Shown one piece after another: positions 59,334 to 64,000 of a stretch of 64,000 bases of DNA. The position numbers and the translations under genes were made by a program. The first letter of the stretch is position 1, and each line of letters begins with the position of its first letter. Source of the DNA: a virus. Taxonomy: Duplodnaviria; Caudoviricetes. The notes under the pieces were generated by a model that was not told the origin of the DNA, made no database searches, and saw only the letters and a list, made by a program, of their open reading frames with translations. Location: the IMG/VR virus record IMGVR_UViG_3300026442_000101. One strand, given 5' to 3'.

Positions 59334-59918
59334 ATGATTACAATCAGCAGCAACGGTTGGACGTACCGGATTGTCGGTATCGACAACGGAACTAACACCG
59401 TGGGATTCGTGGTCATCGACCATAACCTGCGGACGGGCATCTCCACCGTCGTATTCGCAGAAACCATCACTGCTGATCGTTCCGCTTACCTCCGGTTTCC
59501 GGGTATCTCTGCTCACCGCAGTAAGTTGCATGCACGCTTGGCTACCATCAAGCCGTGGATCGCAGACCTGATGGAAGAGCACGACCCGGACATCGTTGGG
59601 TGTGAATCTCCGTTCGCCCACCTTGGCATCAATACTTACGCAACTCTGCTTAAGTCCATGGATGCTATCGAGGACGAGGTCTACGATTACAGGTCTACCA
59701 CTGACTTTGTAAAGATCCCACCGGGGAAAGCCAAGAAGGCCGTGTGTCCTCCTGGCGATTATAAGAACGATAAGGAATCCATCCGCCAATTCATCTTGAA
59801 GGATGAACGAATAGTCGCTGGTTCGGGCATTGTACTCGACCGGTTAGACGAGCACTGCATTGATGGGATTGCAGTGGCTAGATGTTTGGCGCTTGATGCT
59901 GCCCGCGCGTTCGCTTAG
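59334..59918 (+). CDS. ruvC: RuvC-like Holliday junction resolvase
   Basis: RIVGIDNGTNTVGFVVID, IVGCESPF, KIPPGKAKKAV, DEHCIDGIAVA (acidic catalytic set); start uncertain (59316 or 59334). Confidence 0.8.
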   Translation: MITISSNGWTYRIVGIDNGTNTVGFVVIDHNLRTGISTVVFAETITADRSAYLRFPGISAHRSKLHARLATIKPWIADLMEEHDPDIVGCESPFAHLGINTYATLLKSMDAIEDEVYDYRSTTDFVKIPPGKAKKAVCPPGDYKNDKESIRQFILKDERIVAGSGIVLDRLDEHCIDGIAVARCLALDAARAFA

Positions 59919-59994
59919 AGCAAGGAGTCAGGGCTAATAACATGGAGTGTAATGGCTCCATGATATCACAACACAACATCATCTGGGGGTTCTT

Positions 59995-60405
59995 ATGAAC
60001 GTGAAGGATGCTATCGATCTGATGGCTAGGAACCCGGCGGTGGGCTTTCCTTGGGAACCGACCTTGGTCAATCTGGTCAACGGTTTTCTTCCCTCAGGTT
60101 GCCAGTTGGACCCACACACCGCAGAGGCTCTGGAAATCCAGAACGCTATCGATAGCTTGGATGCCTCGATCCAGGAGATGGTCCTCACCTCAAGTATAGG
60201 CGCGGCCAATGTAGCTGCGTCGGTGCCAACACCGTCGATCCCTGCTCCAAAGCAATCTAAAGCGGATCTGCAGAAGTGGGCTGGTTTCCTCGTCTGCATC
60301 TTTGCCTTGTCGATCGCCGCGAAAATTGGCGATGGTGCCATTGTGCTCGAGATCATTAAGGTCTTCGCGCCATTGTTGGGTGTTGATCTCCCTTCTGGGC
60401 AGTAA
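59995..60405 (+). CDS. Hypothetical protein with a C-terminal membrane segment
   Basis: 136 aa; WAGFLVCIFALSIAA and IVLEIIKVFAPLLGV. Confidence 0.7.
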   Translation: MNVKDAIDLMARNPAVGFPWEPTLVNLVNGFLPSGCQLDPHTAEALEIQNAIDSLDASIQEMVLTSSIGAANVAASVPTPSIPAPKQSKADLQKWAGFLVCIFALSIAAKIGDGAIVLEIIKVFAPLLGVDLPSGQ

Positions 60406-60408
60406 ACA

Positions 60409-60444
60409 GCATAGAGCCCCGGGATGACTCCCGGGGTTTTATGC
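60409..60444. terminator. GCATAG-family hairpin between convergent genes
   Basis: GCATAGAGCCCCGGGA-TGAC-TCCCGGGGTTTTATGC. Confidence 0.72.
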
Positions 60445-60447
60445 CGC

Positions 60448-60660
60448 TCAGCCGCGGTGACCAATGGTCCCGACGTTGAAGATACGACGTACACATTCCT
60501 TACCGACGCGATGCGTGGCCATCGAAGTTTTCCGCAGGCGCTCGATATACACCGACCAGAGGGCCATTAATTCACGCTCGGCACGAGGGTAAGTAACGCT
60601 AGACACTTCACCGCTATTCGCCGCTCGAATAGCCAGACTCAACTTAGACGCATAGGCCAT
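60448..60660 (-). CDS. Small hypothetical protein (70 aa)
   Basis: GGAGGA RBS inside the end of the CYTH gene. Confidence 0.65.
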   Translation of the reverse strand: MAYASKLSLAIRAANSGEVSSVTYPRAERELMALWSVYIERLRKTSMATHRVGKECVRRIFNVGTIGHRG

Positions 60661-60662
60661 GA

Positions 60663-61307
60663 TCAGTCCTCCACATGGACGTTAGTCGAACGGAAGTACT
60701 TCTCGTACAGCTCACCAACCTTTTCGTTGATGCCGTTCGTATTGGCTTCTTTGGCCGCTGGCGTGACGATGAGGATTTCGTCATACTTGAACGGAATATC
60801 ACCCGCTTCGAGCACAGTTCCTTGAGGAAGCTCAGCATCCACCTTAACCCACGGTACCAACTCACCACGCTTGTTGTAGAAGACGTCCAGTTCGAACTTG
60901 AAGCGGATATCTTTATCTTCCAGCGTGGAGTCGACGAAGTAACGTGTCTTGATCAGCCCCTGGTCAGCGAGCAGTTTGAACTGGTTGAAACGAGTGACCG
61001 TAGTCAGCAGGTTATCTTCCAGCTTACCTTCCGCACCTTGGCTGGTCTTACAGGTTTCTTCGTACGAGGTGTTACCGTCAACAGTATCGGTCCTACGAAC
61101 GCGTATGTTGCCGCTGGAAGCGTTTTTGTCAGTCTTGGGGATGTAGATACCCCATTGCTCCTGACCCTCGTGTCCGGTCGCCTTTGCCTTGATCTCGTCG
61201 ATGTCGTAACCGAGCAGATAGACTTCGTTCTCGTATTCGATGCCGGAGGATTCAAAACTTTCCTCACTCTCACCGTCAACGAATGCCAGTTTTTCAATAA
61301 GAGACAT
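60663..61307 (-). CDS. CYTH-domain (triphosphate tunnel metalloenzyme) protein
   Basis: About 214 aa from ATG 61307 (GAGG RBS): EYENEVY (ExE motif), NIRVRR, EETCKT, LIKTRY, FELDVF, VKVDAEL. Confidence 0.72.
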   Translation of the reverse strand: MSLIEKLAFVDGESEESFESSGIEYENEVYLLGYDIDEIKAKATGHEGQEQWGIYIPKTDKNASSGNIRVRRTDTVDGNTSYEETCKTSQGAEGKLEDNLLTTVTRFNQFKLLADQGLIKTRYFVDSTLEDKDIRFKFELDVFYNKRGELVPWVKVDAELPQGTVLEAGDIPFKYDEILIVTPAAKEANTNGINEKVGELYEKYFRSTNVHVED

Positions 61308-61462
61308 GTCCACCTCGAAAAATAGACAAAAAAAATACGCCGCCATGACAGGCGACGACCGTGAGCACTGCTGAGGTGCCCACGGATTCGTCCTACAGTA
61401 TTAGTCAGAGGTTTATGGAAGGGTTGTCGACGTCCTAGCTGATGAGGCAGGACGTCTGGAGG

Positions 61463-63343
61463 TTACAACTGTGCCATTGCCAGAATGAACGCCTCTTTGC
61501 GGGCGGCAAACGGCAGCACTTCTACCAGACGGTTGTCAGACGTCGACAACAGCAGCCGGCCTTTCTGAGGAGCTGGCAAGACCTCGTCCAGGCGGCTGTA
61601 CAGTTTCCGGATCTCGAGGAACAGCGCGTTGTTCGCCGATGGCTCGATCACCAGACCTTCTTTGGATTCCAGCAGTTGCAGACCCAGGCCGATGTCGTCC
61701 AGGGTGTGGTCTACCGAAATGATTGCAGCGAAGTCGATGAAGACTGCTGCGTTGACGTTGGTTGCTTCGCCAATCAGGTCGCCAGCCAGCGCGGCCAGAT
61801 CTTCTTTGACGATGTGACAGCAGGCGATGTCGGAAACGAAGTGCATGCGCTTGGCGAATGCAGCTGCTTCTTCAGCGCCACGACGATCACGGAACGCCGC
61901 CAGCAACTTGCCGTAGCTGGTCGCGAAGTTCAGCTTGGCGATGTCGAACTGGAACTGGTAGGTGGAAGCACGAATGGTGTTGACCGAGAACCGGCGGTTC
62001 AGGTTTTCCCACAGCGGCTTCTCGAACTCCGGCTTGAGCTTCATCAACAGATCAGAAGCTTCGGTCAGAGTGGCCGCAGCATGCACCTGGTTGATCAGAT
62101 CCAGCTGGCTCTCGTCACGCAGCAGCACCGGCGTACGCAGGATGTGCAGGTCGATACGAGGCTGACCTTCGTCGCTTACCATCTTCACTTGGCTTTCGAA
62201 CACGGCGCCCTGGATGCTGTCGATGGTATCGGCTTTACCCAGGGTCATTTGTTCTTCAGGGATTTCGCGCAGGATCTCGGCCAGGCGCACAGTCTTGCTA
62301 CGTTGTTCGATACGGCTGTTGGTTACGCCGTCTTCACGGTTGGCCAGGCTGATACCTGCGGACAGGGTACGTGGCTTGGCATCGGGTTCACGGGTTTCTT
62401 CACGCAGGCTGTGGGCCATGTGGCGGTTGTCGTCGTTCACTTCTACGAGCTCCTCGCGGACTTCGCCGCGTTCATTCATGACGTAATACTTGATGTGGGT
62501 ATTGACGTCATAGACCGTTGGGATGGTGGAAAGGATGTCTTCGCCATTACCAGTCAGCTTCCACTTGGTAACGCTGGCAGCTTGGTAATGGTACTCGCCT
62601 ACCCAGTAATCGTCGTACGGGTTGGCTTTAGTGTAGTCAGGACCCTGGATGACAAAGCCTGGATCCTCACGGCGCGGGGCCTGTTCGGTGTGGTGATATT
62701 CAGGACGCTCTTCACGAGCTGTACGTTCTTCACGTTCAGGCTCGCGACGATCATCATCCTCACGACGATCGTCGTCATTGTGGCCGGTATCGGCTAACCA
62801 ATGAGCACTGTCGTCGGAACCGCGATCGCGGCCTCGCGATCCGCCAGACCGTCGATCATCTCGGCGACTATCACGAGAATCACGACGATCATCACGATCA
62901 CGACCGCGGCCACGATAGTCCCGATCATCATTCTCGCGTGAGCGTTCGCGGCGAGACCCTTCCACCATTTCTTGAGCATCGGCACGGGCGTCCTTCATCT
63001 CGTTGTAAATGGCGTCACTCAGATCCCGTGATACACGACTATCGCTAAGCACCAGCTCAGCGAAATGACCATCGACGACGATCTCAACCGTCTTGTCGAT
63101 GATATCGGCTTCACTATCACCGCGATCGCCGTACTTACGATCAACACGATCGTAGGCTCCGACGATGCCATCTACCAGTTCATTGAAGTTTCGGTTTTCC
63201 CAACGACGATCGCTGAGTTGGTCTGCGTAGCTACGACGCAGATCCAACATCAAGTCGTCGCGGATATCCCGGGATTTCGCCTGTGCGTTGATGTAGCGAA
63301 TCGCTGCATCAGCACAATCGTCCCAGAAACGATCTCCACTCAT
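61463..63343 (-). CDS. Conserved hypothetical protein beside the nvRNAP subunit, with an Arg/Asp/Ser low-complexity linker
   Basis: 626 aa with AGGAG RBS; position follows the gp123-like gene. Confidence 0.75.
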   Translation of the reverse strand: MSGDRFWDDCADAAIRYINAQAKSRDIRDDLMLDLRRSYADQLSDRRWENRNFNELVDGIVGAYDRVDRKYGDRGDSEADIIDKTVEIVVDGHFAELVLSDSRVSRDLSDAIYNEMKDARADAQEMVEGSRRERSRENDDRDYRGRGRDRDDRRDSRDSRRDDRRSGGSRGRDRGSDDSAHWLADTGHNDDDRREDDDRREPEREERTAREERPEYHHTEQAPRREDPGFVIQGPDYTKANPYDDYWVGEYHYQAASVTKWKLTGNGEDILSTIPTVYDVNTHIKYYVMNERGEVREELVEVNDDNRHMAHSLREETREPDAKPRTLSAGISLANREDGVTNSRIEQRSKTVRLAEILREIPEEQMTLGKADTIDSIQGAVFESQVKMVSDEGQPRIDLHILRTPVLLRDESQLDLINQVHAAATLTEASDLLMKLKPEFEKPLWENLNRRFSVNTIRASTYQFQFDIAKLNFATSYGKLLAAFRDRRGAEEAAAFAKRMHFVSDIACCHIVKEDLAALAGDLIGEATNVNAAVFIDFAAIISVDHTLDDIGLGLQLLESKEGLVIEPSANNALFLEIRKLYSRLDEVLPAPQKGRLLLSTSDNRLVEVLPFAARKEAFILAMAQL

Positions 63344-63375
63344 TTAATACACACTCCTGTATTGCGCGGGATTTG

Positions 63376-64000
63376 TTAATTACGGCGAACAGCATCATCG
63401 ATGTGATCGATGACCGGCCTCATGTGTTCTTTGCGACAGATGGTATTCTTTCCGTCGAGCAACGTCGTCGGGTTGATCGTTGCACAAGCCAACGGATAGT
63501 TCTTCGGCAAGATGCCGTAGTTACCACATTCAGCACGAGATGCATGCATTCGCGACAGAGGATCGTTCACGTTGATGTTGGTCGGCTTCTTACCCCCAGA
63601 GGTTTGAGCCTGCATCACCAGACGGGAAGTGATCTTGAAGAACATGTTGTCTCCGGGCGTAGAGACAGACGACATGAAGGCCTTCTGACTGGTCTTCCTG
63701 AGGTTGAAGATGATGGTTGGCATGAACCACTTACCCAGGATCTTGTTGTAATCCTCGGCGGTGTGCTTACGTTTCTTGTTGTTCGTGATTTCAAACAGGC
63801 AGCGGAAAATCTGCTCGGTGATATCACGCAAGACGTACTGGGAAGTTACAAGCCGTTTCCCGTACATGCTACCGATGTCTTCTTCCTTATCCCGGATCAG
63901 CCCTTCGATGTTTTGCAGGATGTAGTTGAACAGCTCGTAGATGGTGTCGATCTTAAGATCTTCCTCCTCGAGCAACATCCGGCGTACTTCGATATCGACG
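63376..64000 (-). CDS. rpoB: Non-virion RNA polymerase beta-like subunit (phiKZ gp123-like), 3' part; 5' end lies outside the window
   Basis: The frame stays open past 63978 to the window edge. HASRAECGNYGILPKNYPLACATINP corresponds to the beta segment HPSHYGR.CPIETPEGPNIGLI; GKRLVTSQY also fits. Confidence 0.75.
   Translation of the reverse strand, partial: VDIEVRRMLLEEEDLKIDTIYELFNYILQNIEGLIRDKEEDIGSMYGKRLVTSQYVLRDITEQIFRCLFEITNNKKRKHTAEDYNKILGKWFMPTIIFNLRKTSQKAFMSSVSTPGDNMFFKITSRLVMQAQTSGGKKPTNINVNDPLSRMHASRAECGNYGILPKNYPLACATINPTTLLDGKNTICRKEHMRPVIDHIDDAVRRN

Noticed and set aside
59941-59962. Short inverted repeat CATGGAG-N8-CTCCATG upstream of the 136 aa gene
   Set aside because: A single 7 bp repeat with no second copy found; not distinguishable from chance or a weak hairpin.
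61439-61446. CTGATGAG, matching the hammerhead ribozyme core CUGANGA
   Set aside because: No stem II followed by GAAA and no NUH cleavage site in a compatible arrangement nearby. The motif sits in a simple hairpin loop.
1-64000. tRNA genes, CRISPR arrays, and chimallin/PhuZ genes
   Set aside because: None was recognised in this window. A nucleus-forming lifestyle is inferred only from family membership and cannot be confirmed here.

Overview
The window is a 64 kb segment of a phiKZ-related (Chimalliviridae-like) jumbo myophage genome, almost entirely coding. It has no tRNA, CRISPR array, integrase or transposase. Assignments come from motifs and remembered synteny with phiKZ/SPN3US; no database search was run. 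From left to right: the 5' end of the prohead protease (gp175-like), head proteins, the split virion RNA polymerase subunits (gp178-like beta, gp180-like beta-prime with GADFDGD), and the giant tape-measure/lytic transglycosylase protein (gp181-like) with its gp182-like partner. Next come a NADAR-like gene, the gp149-like beta C-terminal fragment, a UvsX/RecA-like protein, RNase H, a candidate spanin pair, SbcC/Rad50, and the baseplate spike plus PAAR tip. These are followed by a tandemly duplicated four-gene tail-fibre cassette, a modular endolysin, and a small accessory island with an AAA ATPase. The right end holds the portal, baseplate/structural genes, a RuvC-like resolvase, a CYTH protein, and the 3' part of the non-virion RNAP beta subunit (gp123-like). 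I found no clearly new multi-gene system. The items most worth a second look are the fibre-cassette duplication, a family of GCATAG...TTATGC hairpins lacking U-tracts, a structured intergenic region with a 13-codon minigene upstream of the accessory island, twin hairpins with a shared loop upstream of CYTH, the NADAR-like and CYTH genes, and the putative spanins.
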